Assembly: GCA_040437565.1 (NCBI GenBank)
Contig: JBDOQK010000013.1
Location: 62,001-126,000 of the forward strand
Source of the DNA: Albugo candida
Taxonomy: Eukaryota
Direction of reading: 5' to 3'
DNA: 64,000 nucleotides
Below, one piece after another: positions 35,441-47,299 of this stretch (position 1 is the first letter of the stretch; each line of letters opens with the position of its first letter). The notes below the pieces were generated by a model. That model saw nothing but the letters and a program-made list of their open reading frames with translations, ran no database searches and had not been told where the DNA came from. Both the position numbers and the translations under genes were made by a program.

Positions 35441-38300
35441 TCATTTCGCGGCGCTTGATTCCATCGCCATACGCAATCGAGCGCTGACGCCTGAGGCTGA
35501 GCTTTGGAGCTGATGGAGAGACGACAGTATTTGATCGGCTTTCACACTTTTCCTGAAAAGAAGTTGACAATCCTGGCTGGAGGCCGAATGCCGCTCTGAG
35601 TCCAACTGGAGCTTGTTGATATATACAGCAGCTCTATCGAGATGATAGGTGGCCTTATCGAACAATTTCAAAGCTAAAGGCTCTTGCATCAATACAGACG
35701 TTGCGATAGCGCTCTGATCATTTTTTGTCTGAGAATCTTGCCCGGGTCGCAAGATTTGAGATGATCCAGGGAGCTGAAAGGTGACCCGATCTGCTACTCT
35801 GGGCGTATCCTCTCCCGAATAAGCATGAATCACCTTATTCAGTGCTCGGCATACGCGTTTGCGGTGTGAGTGTCTGAGAAGTTCAGATTGTGATATACGC
35901 TTTCGTTGCGAAGCTTGAGTGCGAAATGTCGGAATTGCAGGCGAGATGGAGCATGTAGTGGTTGCGGTCGGTCGATANNNNNNNNNNNNNNNNNNNNNNN
36001 NNNNNNNNNNNNNNNNNNNNNNNNNNNNNNNNNNNNNNNNNNNNNNNNNNNNNNNNNNNNNNNNNNNNNNNNNNNNNCTGTGGCTTCTCGACATTGAGAT
36101 CACCTCAGCTGTTTGCCTAGACGCTTGGCTATCCCTAACACAGAGAATATTCGTTTTGGACGTAATGACGTGCCCAGATTGCGTTGGTCGGTCGCTGTAA
36201 AAAGCTTTGTTGACGTCAAAATCAGGTAGACCTTTGCCATATTGTAGTGCAAGTTTACGACACAATGCAACGGATTCTTGATCACCTACGTTGATATCTG
36301 CCACCAGTGCCAGAAACACAACCATATTCGCCACTATAGCAAGCTCAGCATTAATATTGCGTTGCTGTAAATATTCCAAATGAGTTCTCTTTCTCTCATC
36401 GATACAGTTTGATGGCAACTTAGAAGTAATATAACGTTTCAAGAAAATAGAAACTGTGCTTCGTGGGTGCGTAACCATCGACAGAAAAGCTTTGACAGAT
36501 AGGCGGGTGCATAGCTCATATAAAAGCGCAATGTTCCGCTTTGCTGGTTTGTTCCAAGCGCTAACAGCCTCCAAATCTGACATCTCAGACATCTTTTCAA
36601 TAATACCAAATCCAAAATGTAGACAAAGTCGTAACATTCGTGCCATGAGTTTCGAGTCAAAAGCTTCAGAGTTCGATTCTTTTTTCTCACATGGAACAAG
36701 GCGAGAGCAAATTCCAATCCAAATATGGTCAATGGCAGGTAAAGCCTTTGACTGTTCGGCTTCCCACATGATGAGTGATTTGAGTAATTGAAGAACATCG
36801 AAAAAGATCAAAGAAATTGTGATTGGGTTCTCTAGCAGTACAAATTGGTTGTTGTCATTGCCAATAAGCGTTTGATGTCCTGCTGCTCCAGCGGTACAAA
36901 TTTGAGCATGCCAAATGCTTGCGATGACTTTTAGAACTTGTGGAGTCTGCGGTGTTGTTGCAGACTTTTGTTTGATTGTTGGCTGCGTCACAATTTCATT
37001 AAACCATCGACTTAAATGAAAAGATGCAAATTTCTGAGTCGATGTGAATGAATGCTTTTGTCTGACACAAAATGCATTGTATTCGGTAACGGCGGCGTGC
37101 AAGACGTATCGCCACGTGGCTATAGAGCTGGTCAAGACGTCCATAGACTTTTCGTTCTCCCAGCAAGCCGAGATTGGACGCATAAACAGGCGAACCAGCG
37201 GTTTCTCAAATATCCATTCCCTCTTAAAGAATGCCTCTGTCACCATGTCGCTTTCAATACGGCAGAAAACATCGACGAGTACCTTCCAACTTTCCATTCC
37301 AATTGATCGAATGGATGAATCGGGATTAAGCAGAGCCTTCTCGGGAGTATAAAGCATCTCGTTGAGCAAATTTGCATCTTCTCTAAGTTTTCGACGCAAA
37401 AGTTTCAACACCAATGGCCACAAAACCAAAGCCAATCGGATTCTACCATCCTTTAACAGAGAATAAAGGATCGGTGTGAACTGCTGAATCGAGATTTGTT
37501 CGATGAAAACTCTTTTTTCGACATCCATTTCTTCCAAATGACACAGTAATGCACTTATGAGGTTATGAGATTCTGTTCCAAGCTCCAATTGATGACTTTG
37601 TGCGCATTGAACAGCAACGGGGAACCATTTCTGAATACATTCCATTACGCATTTGGGGCCCGCAGACTTGAGTATCATCGAATGTAGAGTTTTAAGGATC
37701 TGTAGGGTCACTATGAGTAAGGCGTTGGTGTAAATCCAATCTCATTTCTCAAGTAGTAGTACCGTTATCCGTGCAGAAGACGTGTGTGAGCGCTTGTGCT
37801 AGCGCACGAACTAACGTCAAAGTTCCAATTTCAGAAAAACAACATTTTTGTGTCGTGAGGCACCAAATCGATAGATTAAACTCTTTCTACAGCTCAAAGA
37901 ATCAAAAGGAGAAGTGTAGAAATATGAATGTGTGTACCTCGCAATCAGCCGTGTCTATGAGTTGCGTGAGCATTGTCAAAAAGCGTTCCCTCTGATTCTT
38001 TGAGATATGCTCCACCAATGCTTCATGGAATGTTACATAAGACAGTGTCCGCAGCGCCCATTGTCTCCCTTCTGATGCTTCATTGCTTAAATCAGCTTCA
38101 ATAAGTCTGAGAAGAATCGACAAATTATTCTGGACACATTGTACGATCTCTTCTGTATCTTTCATTCGAAATAGCGCATCGAGTTCTCTGTATGCAGCGA
38201 TTCGAGCACTAATGTTCGTTTCATCGAATTTGTAAGCGATGATATGACGCAAATACGTCGAAAAGTTTGCTTCCGTTATGACCGTATTGCCGCGTTCCAT
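35441..38300 (-). CDS. RIF1: RIF1 (HEAT-repeat Rif1_N domain plus C-terminal RVxF); spliced, with an N gap inside
   Basis: AAYRELDALF...NLSILLRLIEADLS...QWALRTLSYVTFH and LWPLVLKLL...LLNEML...IRSIGMESWKVLVDVF align by eye with the animal RIF1 N-terminus. RVTF lies near the C-end. Confidence 0.8.
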
Positions 38301-38642
38301 TACAAAAAGAGCCGCTTTCTATCCAATCAGCGTGACTTATCCTTATTCTGTTATGCACTCAGCCTTCGCTGTAGTTTTTCATTTTTTAGCATAAAGAAAC
38401 GACACATCTATCATTGGAGCTACTCTCAACATGAACTGAAGTTTTTCCTCTCAATTGCGTTGGCTGGAGACCTTTTGTGTGATTGTGCCAGGGTCGAGGA
38501 CGGATTGTAAGGTCATTATCGAATTTTCTTTAACTCATGCATTGCACCGCAGGCACGTTAGGGCTAACTTCTGTAGCGATAATATTCATCGATTATTCCT
38601 TTAGCAATAGGTAATTGCGATCACAGGACTTCCCGTGATGTG

Positions 38643-40009
38643 CAGTGCCCTCCGGAAAAGATTGTCCGCCCCCCCAATTTTTACCACCTTATGAAAACGA
38701 AGATTTTGACTTCCGAGGCATGATACACACACCTGATGAGTCATCTGCCCATGCAATCTGGTTGAGAAATTTCTACAGTATTCAGAGCTGTAATCCTTCA
38801 GGGATTTTTTTTGGGTTTTTTTTTGGATGATGATTGTATGGCGAAAGAACATATATAGAAAAAAATACATGCTACCAGCGAGTAGAACCTCCTTTGCTTC
38901 AATTACTGCTTTCATCCTCTCTAGCATGGAGTTAACAAGCTGCTGTAGCCACTCTGGATCAATAGCAGACCATGTCTGTTTAAGTTGGAGCCATAGTTCA
39001 TCGCTGTTTTTGGCTGTGGGTAGCTTTTGGATGACTGCTTTCATCTTTGCCCATACATTCGCAATGGGATTGCGATCAGGATAGTTTGCAGACCATTCCA
39101 GCTTGTCAATGCTGCGTTCTTCACGCCATTTTTTAACACTTCTGCGCACTGGATGCGCACTGGATAGGCACACCATCTTCCACGAGTATGGCATTTCCAG
39201 CATTGACAAGGCCTTCCCAGAAGCCAGCCAACTCATCACCGTAGACTTGTGCGACAAAGTCAACTACTATTCGACGATTTGGTGTCATACGCACATGCTG
39301 GCTTTTCTTGCTATCCTGAAAGGCACCCCAGACCATCACTGAAGAATGCCCCTACTTAAAAGAAGGTACCAGACAGTCTTATTGATACCTCTCATTGATA
39401 GACCTCCAGGCCAGAGGTCAGCGAAAATTCTCCGTAATTTTAAATCTGGCCACACCAGTGCAGCAGATCGATTTTCAATACTCCATTGTGGAATTCTGGT
39501 ATGTTTTTGCAAAGTCCAGCCTCTTAGCAGTGTTTGGCTTCTTTAAAAAGGGATTTTTTACCCCCACTCGAGCAAAGAGACCAGCGGCATGTAAACTCTC
39601 TCTCACTGCAGTCTGACCAGCCTTAGTTGGTGGTAATTTCGGCCAGAGTTAAACGTCTTGCACCCTTGGTGCTGCGGACAGAGCTCTGACGTCCCTTTGT
39701 GGGAGTTTTTTTGGCCTTCCAGGCTTTTCTTTGGTATAAGTGTGTTTTCTTTATTCCACCTCTCCATGATGCGTCGCACCTCTCGCTCATTTTTGTGTTG
39801 AACTTGCAGGCAATTTCTGCAACTTCGGTACCAGCCTGCCTTATTATAACAATGCGCAAACGTTCCTCGGCTGTCAAAGTATGTTTTTGTGCAGTTTTAG
39901 CCATATTCTAAAACTTTTGGAGGTGCGGCAGTGGTTTGCTCAAAGGCAAGTTTGCGGTTGTGGGTGAAAAAACTAAGAAAAAGCGGACAATCTATTCCGA
40001 AGGGTAATG
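38643..40009 (-). mobile_element. Full-length (1367 bp) non-functional Tc1/mariner DNA transposon
   Basis: 27-bp TIRs CAGTGCCCTCCGGAAAAGATTGTCCGC and its imperfect inverse differ at 4 positions. Flanks are TG (left) and TA (right). The frameshifted transposase has an HTH at 39904 and VMVWGAF, LVEDG and WSANYPDRNPIANVW (degenerate SPDLNPIE). Confidence 0.9.
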
Positions 40010-41943
40010 TACACCGCTCCCAGTGCGCATGTTCGGTACTTTCGACGGCACTTTCAAAAAAGAAGACGAACGTATCAAGTTGGCGAAATCTTGGATCAAA
40101 TCGCAAAGGAAGGATCATTCGGTGCTTTCTTTTGAGCTAAAAGATCGTTACTTAGGGTAGGGCAAGTGCAAGTGTAAGCTAGATGTGAATGTCTAAATCA
40201 GTATGGCAGCGCTTGTAAATCATTTCAAGTACTGCACAAGCTAGGCACACTCTAGTATCGCTTTGGGGTGTCAATAATATCAGTAGACTGTATATGTGGT
40301 GCTACCTTATTCTATTGTGGCGGGGTGATGTCAGCCACGACTTGGCTGGCAACCCCAAAATATATATCTCTATCTCTCACAGTATTTTATGCCACGGATT
40401 TTGTCAGCTATCACAAATGCTCTATAGAATTATTATTGTGTATCCTTTGAATGTTCAGGTAATCAGGCGCATGCATTGCTCAATCATGTGCCCCCCATTC
40501 CGATATTTTTGGTCATCAGGACTGTCTCTCTAATCTATACGAGCATTTGTGTTGCATCGACAATATAAGCTTTCTGAATGTAGATTAGTCATATAGGAGC
40601 AGCATTGTGTTTCATAAGACACCTGATCTGTGTTATTTTTCCACTAGAGCCAGTACATGCAACATTTCCAGCACGTTAAGAAACTTTTTGAATCTATTCA
40701 CTGCGCCCTCTTCCACATCATCAAGTTGATTCGTTCCCGTTGATCTCGCAAACAAACCGATGCAATCCGTTTATGATGGCCATCTCACTGCTCAAGCCTC
40801 TGTAATCAAGAAGGCTCAAACCTTCGGCCTAAAGACGGAAAATAAAAAATAGCTCACTAGTTTTTCAAACACCCATTATAATCTGCGCAAATCCAGCCCA
40901 AAGTAAATGCTCCATTCGCACCTGAGTATAGAACTCGAATTGGGGGCATTACGCTACTTCGCAAGGTATCATCTCGAGCTGTTCATTTTTTTTGAATATC
41001 ATGAAATGAAAATGGAAATTGTCAACTCCGTCAAGACAACTTGTGCTCAGGTTGCACTTTAGGATCGCTGTGGACCTGACTAGCAGATAAATTGCTAAAC
41101 ATAAAAGCGTCCATCGATCACAAAAGCGAACACTTAACTTCACACTAGTGATTAATATTGAAAGCTTCAAGTATTCTCAGTCCACCATTAAATTCTCTCG
41201 CAACAAGACTCAAACGAACTCGTTGGGTACAATGGGATCGAACAAGTCAAACACCTTTTTGACACAATCTTAGTGGTGTCTATGGGTTGATTGCACCGCA
41301 TATAGACTGGAAAGTTATCGGGGCACCATAAAAGCGCCGATTTGGACATCGATCTTCGCAATCAGATCTTCGGACTAGCTTCGTCTCATATTCACTTCGA
41401 AACGATTGGCCTTCACGACATTTCGATAGAGGAGCCTCTCATACGCGACGCTCAGCTTTAGTAATCTCTGTCTTTGAACCGTTCTGAAAGATGATACAAG
41501 TGCTAGTGCCAAATTAGATCGCCGAATATGACAATCTGTTCATTACGTCAAGCCCTTGTATCAATCTTGCTTTGTAATTTGGAGGCGCGGAGGTGGCGCA
41601 TTACCCGAAATTCTCACCATTTTCTCATTATTCTATAAACCTAGTACTTCTTGCGGAACGTAATATCAAGCCTGGCGGAAAACAATTTTACGAGCAGGTC
41701 ATCGTGAAGAGAAATCTAAACTCCCACACATGTGGTACCTAAACATGCCACTGAGTAGCAGCTACGGGTATCAAGTAATCATGCTGTCAATGAGGGAATC
41801 AGATATTCAGACCCTTTGATAAAGAGGCAATAGTGCGAAATATTTGATTCTGCTAAGATTCACTCGAAGTGGGAAAGAGGTTGATTTATCCGGAGCCAAA
41901 TGGCAAATTTGTATGATATGTACAGGTCACTTTTCCTTCCTTT

Positions 41944-42604
41944 TCAATCTTCATGACCCAAACTATGTGGTATTGTACCTTCGTTTTCTTCAATGTTCCA
42001 GCATTCCTTTTTCCCGGTTCGCCATCTTTCTGAAAGAGTGGACATGTTGCATTGGAATATAGGCTTACCAATTTTCTCGTTCACAAGATTGTGTTGCTCA
42101 CAAAGCCACAACGAAAAAGATTGTCGAGATTTGACCCTAGTTGTACGAACAATGATTACACATCCACTGCTTTGAATACGATATCAGGTACCTCGGAGGA
42201 CACTTGATAATTTCTTTTCTAAAGTCTTTTGCGCAATCAGAGCATGGATACATCAGTGCGAGAGCTTCAATTAATGATCTGGCGTGCCTCTGATATTCCT
42301 CGGAAGGATTTTCAGGGTAGTAGATTCCAATAGAATGCATCTTACAAAAGCAGTGATAATTTTTGTATACTACTCAAAGAATGGATCTCATTACCAGTCC
42401 CCACGTCGATCGTCCCAATTCTTCTCGATCCAACGGACATTCTGCTTTCTGTTGCGCTGATTCTACTGAAGCTGAGCGTGACTCTTCCTTTATCCCTTTT
42501 TTATCACTTTTTATAAAATGTCGAAACAGATCTACTTTTGACTTGCATGCAGGTTCCACGCAATTTGGGTCTGCATCAGGCTTGGAGTTTATCGATGGTG
42601 CCAT
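41944..42604 (-). CDS. ERV1: FAD-dependent sulfhydryl oxidase ERV1/ALR, three exons
   Basis: [30 protein letters not shown] and [20 protein letters not shown]...ERWR. Confidence 0.92.
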
Positions 42605-42737
42605 ATTAATAAATTCTTATATTATTCATAGTACCGTACTCTCCACTGAGCGCACCGTTATGATGCCACAATCGTCAAGATTTTCGCCACAAAAAGGAAT
42701 GCTGACGAGACAGTAAGCGCCTTCTTTTTTGATTCCA

Positions 42738-44039
42738 ATGTCGGCACAACTTGATATACCCAGCTAGTTTAGAATGCAAAAGCCTCGATCCTCAACCAAT
42801 CGATAAAATATATTTGTCCGAAGCATTTCCGCAAATCGATCTCCCACAACGTATCAAACCCCCGGAAAACGTAGACGACTTTTTTTCTGCATAAATCTTA
42901 CCAAAAATATCGTAATCATAGCTCTGTATTAGTGTAAATCTCCAGCTCGAATCGCGGTCGCTTCACGAGATGACCGCGTTCGCCAGACATATTTCTCTCC
43001 TCAAGCAATTGCCATGAAGAAACTGAAAAAAAACTTGCGAGCGAAATTCGATAATATTATCGGTCTCGATGAGAATTTGACATACTTCACATACCCAAAC
43101 CAAAGACTACAGGATGAGGCTGTGTCAGCCAAACTTCTTAAAGAATTCACAATGCTTGTTGAATCCTTTCCATGCTGATTGACGTTCGACTCATGACGTT
43201 TGTAATGTAGGCCGAGTCCGGTAAACGTTCAGGTCGCCATGACACGGAGTTCGCTGCTTACATCTGGTAGGCGCAGAGATTTGCTGGAATCAGGTTTCTA
43301 AGTGTGCTCTTTTAGCCTGGGAATCATTCATGACAATGAGCAAGACTACACAAAAGCGATAGATTGTTACATGTGTGCATACTTGCTCAGCGAAAATATG
43401 GGTAACAAGGCCTTCCAAGCTCTTTCTTGTAATTATATTGGAGTCGACTACCAACTGATGTCGTCTATCAACAAAGCTTACATGTACACGGGACATTTTG
43501 TGGATGCTAATAACGTCTCCTTAGAAAAAGCTTTACTTTTCCACCAGAAACATCTAGAGATTTCAAATGGTGCGGGAAAGTTTGTAGCACATTTAAACCT
43601 GGGACTCACCTCGGCGTCATTAAACCGACCAAGTGAAGCCACTTGGCATTATCAAGAAGGATTGCGATTTGCGATCGCTAACAACAGTAAACAATGGCAG
43701 AGCCTTGCGGTCGGGAATCTGGGATTGCTTGCTTGTCGTCATAATGATGCAGAGACTTCATTGGCTTGTATCGAGCGGCATCTGCAGCACCTGGAGCTTC
43801 TGCATGATCGGTCCGGAGAAGCATACGCGTGGTTTCTCCTCGGGCAAATAGCACTACACATGGGTGATTATGATAGAGCAGTACGTTCACTCGATCACGC
43901 CTATCGTATGTCGAAAGAAATTGGCGAACTGAGTATGATGAAGCAGTATAGCTGTTACGTGGGAGCTGCTCGTGCGCGATTGCGCATGAAAGACTACATC
44001 GCTAAAGTATCTTGCGACTTTGTCCACGTCACGGATTAA
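42738..44039 (+). CDS. Tetratricopeptide-repeat protein; multi-exon
   Basis: The last exon has tandem TPRs (SLGIIHDNEQDYTKAIDCY; AHLNLGL; AVGNLGL; AWFLLGQIALHMGDYDRA). Upstream exon boundaries are approximate. Confidence 0.75.
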
Positions 44040-44625
44040 AATTAAATGGTTGATCTGTATCAATCATAGATTTTCTATTGCTTCACATCATCACTACTGA
44101 TCATTTTAGTTCCTGGGGGCATTGTGCTGGAGACTAAGGAAGCACCGTCGTAGCAGTCTACACGATATAAAAAGAAGACATTACTTTTACTAAATGGGCT
44201 AAATTCATACATTATAAGTGGCTCAATGCCGTGTTTCTACCACCTATTCGATTTTGTACAGTAATGATACACAGTTAGTTCTATGAGCGCTCTCCACGAA
44301 TACGACGAGCAAGTTGAATATCTTTGGGCATGATAGTCACACGTTTAACATGAATGGCACAGAGATCGGTGTCTTCAAATAACTCGATCAGGTAAGCTTC
44401 TGCAGCTTCTTGTATTGCTAAACTGCTGAGCCTTGAAATCTTAAATCAGGTTTGAAGTCTTGAGCGATTTCACGAACAAGACGGTGGAACGGTAATTTGC
44501 GTATCAATAGTTTGGTGGTCTTTTGGAATCGTCGGATTTCTCGCAGGGCAACAGTTCTAGGACGATACAGTGAGGCTTCTTCACGCCACCTGCAGCTGGT
44601 GCACTTGGAGTTAAATTTTGCAGGG

Positions 44626-44792
44626 GGGAATTGTTATATTCACTCCCTTCTTGGTTGAACTTTCAAGTCATGTGACCCAAATGTATACATTCAGTTAATA
44701 TTCAGAAGCTAGGGTGCTGTATATAACATGTGTCACGTGACTTGAATGGGAGTCAATATAACCGAAAACGGAGTGAATATATAACAATTCCC
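44626..44792. mobile_element. 167-bp MITE, Mutator (MULE)-like
   Basis: TIRs GGGAATTGTTATATTCACTCC and GGAGTGAATATATAACAATTCCC; an internal inverted pair TCAAGTCATGTGAC / GTCACGTGACTTGA; a perfect 9-bp direct repeat TTTGCAGGG at 44617-44625 and 44793-44801. Confidence 0.85.
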
Positions 44793-44962
44793 TTTGCAGG
44801 GCTGGAGTGTTATTTGATGATGGGAAAAGGGGAAGTATCTTATTATTAACTGTCGCCTACGGCAAGTAATTACGACACGTACCATACCTCATAGTCGTCG
44901 TTTTGAATGTCGCAGATTCTTTAAAATCATTATGACGGCTTGCCGGGTGCGCTTATACAGAT

Positions 44963-45412
44963 TTAACAGGCGCTTAGATAAGTCCGTGTATGATGCGTAA
45001 CTTCGTACCACTCGTGGCAGAGATTGTCGCAGTCGGAATTGTAAAACGATATGTGATCGCAAACACTACAGCGGTAGCTGCCTTGTTCGATTTGGTAGCA
45101 GGATCCGGCCTCGCTCTCGGTCCAAGATACAACTTGTGGATTCGGTGACCCCGGGGGTGATTCCGGGGGTGATGATCCCCAGGATGGTGCTCGCGAAAAT
45201 ACTGAGTCCGAGGATGCCGATCGCGGAATTGTTGATCTCGTGGATGTTGATCCCGAGGATGTTGATCCCGAGGATGTTGATCCCGAGGTAAGGGTAGGTC
45301 GAGCGAGAGCAATTGCAGCGAATGTCATGCTAAGAGCTACTTTGGTGGCTAGTTGCTTTATTGAAGCTCTACCTCCTGTTGATTTTCGAGGGGTTTGTTT
45401 TGTTCGTGCCAT
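44963..45412 (-). CDS. Chimeric 149-aa ORF: H3 N-tail fused to a Ser/Pro-rich repeat and a Cys-containing segment; expression unknown
   Basis: The reading frame stays open from the H3 ATG into the inserted DNA. Confidence 0.35.
   Translation of the reverse strand: MARTKQTPRKSTGGRASIKQLATKVALSMTFAAIALARPTLTSGSTSSGSTSSGSTSTRSTIPRSASSDSVFSRAPSWGSSPPESPPGSPNPQVVSWTESEAGSCYQIEQGSYRCSVCDHISFYNSDCDNLCHEWYEVTHHTRTYLSAC
45143..45288. repeat. 15-bp tandem repeat (GGATGTTGATCCCGA x3 plus degenerate copies) encoding GSTSS repeats on the minus strand
   Basis: Exact copies at 45242-45286, decaying towards 45143. Confidence 0.85.
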
Positions 45413-46033
<621 letters not shown>

Positions 46034-46466
46034 ATATCTTCTCTGTAATTTCGGTAATTCAGAGATAATGGGAGGGTTTGTTCAACTCAACAATGGTCGC
46101 AATAGCGTAGGATCAGATATTCTGAGCTTATGGTAGTGAGGGCTGTAAATTAATTTAACAGAAAGTCATTTCATCTCTTTGTTTTATTTCATTTGTGTCT
46201 CTAGTTCATAATAGCCAAGAGGCATTTTGCATAAATGTACAACATAGCCACAATCTAGCCATCTCGTGTGGCGCTAATTTTGGCTTATGCTACTGTGTTT
46301 GGTCCTGATCGTATCACATTTACTGATAGGAGTCTACTCATTTGAGTTCTCCTTTTGTTACGGCTCTGATTGCCCCTCGACCACTGTATCGAATAGCATC
46401 AGCTGTGCGCACGATCAATCACAACGATAACGACGAGATAATCGAAAAAGAAACCAACACATTGTT

Positions 46467-46934
46467 TCATCGTTCCCAACGTCTCGATACATGCTTGAAC
46501 GCTGACGTATGTCTTTCAATCTCTCTATTGTGATCATGAACCTCGGTACCGCTAGTAGAGTGTGTTGTTACACCTGAAGTGAGTGTATCATCTCCAGGAT
46601 CCGGATCATCGATGCCAGTTCGGCTAGGCAGATCTTCTCTATTCTCATCGTGGCTACTCGTGTACGAAATTAGTGACGGATTGTGTAACATTCGCTGTTG
46701 AATAAGGCTCTGATAGCTCTCTGTTTCTTGCTGTAGTTTCCTTAATCGACGCATTATGCGACGGCGTTCGTGCTGATTGTGTTTTTGACGCTGTTGGGAT
46801 GACCATACCTGTAGTATCAGCTCCGATGCAATCTCAAATAGTGGCTTGCATACTTTGTACACGACTGAGAGAAAGCCAAAAACCACAATGAATTCCTGGA
46901 GAAGCACCCAAAGCGCGTCAAGCACCTTGGCCAT
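46467..46934 (-). CDS. Hypothetical protein with an N-terminal transmembrane segment and a coiled coil; may be the last exon of the upstream ORF(s)
   Basis: MAKVLDALWVLLQEFIVVFGFLSVVYKV followed by a basic coiled-coil segment. Confidence 0.4.
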   Translation of the reverse strand: MAKVLDALWVLLQEFIVVFGFLSVVYKVCKPLFEIASELILQVWSSQQRQKHNQHERRRIMRRLRKLQQETESYQSLIQQRMLHNPSLISYTSSHDENREDLPSRTGIDDPDPGDDTLTSGVTTHSTSGTEVHDHNREIERHTSAFKHVSRRWER

Positions 46935-47299
46935 TGTAGTTTTTCCCGCCAGTGAAAGGAACGCTAAGTGCGTTGAAATATAAAGTTCGCAATCATTGAG
47001 GCATGCAGTCATTTGCATTTCGAGAAAGCGCTACGTACACATCAGCTCATGTAACTCATGCTTGATCGGGAAGAATTAATGCTTTTGTTTGTGTCACGCT
47101 TCCTCTCCAAACTGCCACATGAACATGTTTGGCGAAGAATACATAGCGACGAAGCCATACAGCTGAGATAAACGGTTATTCTTATGGTGCAAAGGATGAG
47201 AGCTGCGTTGAAATTTCTACACAATGGTCGTACTTTCAAGCAAACATTCGTATTTGAAAGTCGTAAGTTTGGCAGTGGGAACGATGAGAAGATGGAAGC

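Larger units (their letters stand above)
44281..45412 (-). pseudogene. H3: Histone H3 pseudogene split by a ~725-bp insertion (5' part 45332-45412, 3' part 44281-44605)
   Basis: 5' part reads MARTKQTPRKSTGGRASIKQLATKVAL. 3' part reads [28 protein letters not shown]...[19 protein letters not shown]...[17 protein letters not shown]. One-base deletions lie at ~44568 and ~44419. Confidence 0.93.

Noticed and set aside
40151..40163. Telomere-like TTAGGGTAGGG
   Set aside because: Fewer than two full units; expected by chance.
40140..41840. ORF-poor stretch examined for ncRNA or TE remains
   Set aside because: I could recognise no tRNA/snRNA signature, TIR or coherent reading frame by eye. An Rfam/RepeatModeler search would be needed.
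44606..45331. H3 insertion as a spliceosomal intron or a Helitron
   Set aside because: No GT/GC-AG pair I could find restores the H3 frame, downstream frameshifts would remain anyway, and there are no convincing TC...CTRR ends at an AT site.
46040..46065. Hairpin after the H4 stop as a histone 3' stem-loop
   Set aside because: TCTCTG...CAGAGA can pair, but it does not match the conserved 6-bp stem/4-nt loop consensus.
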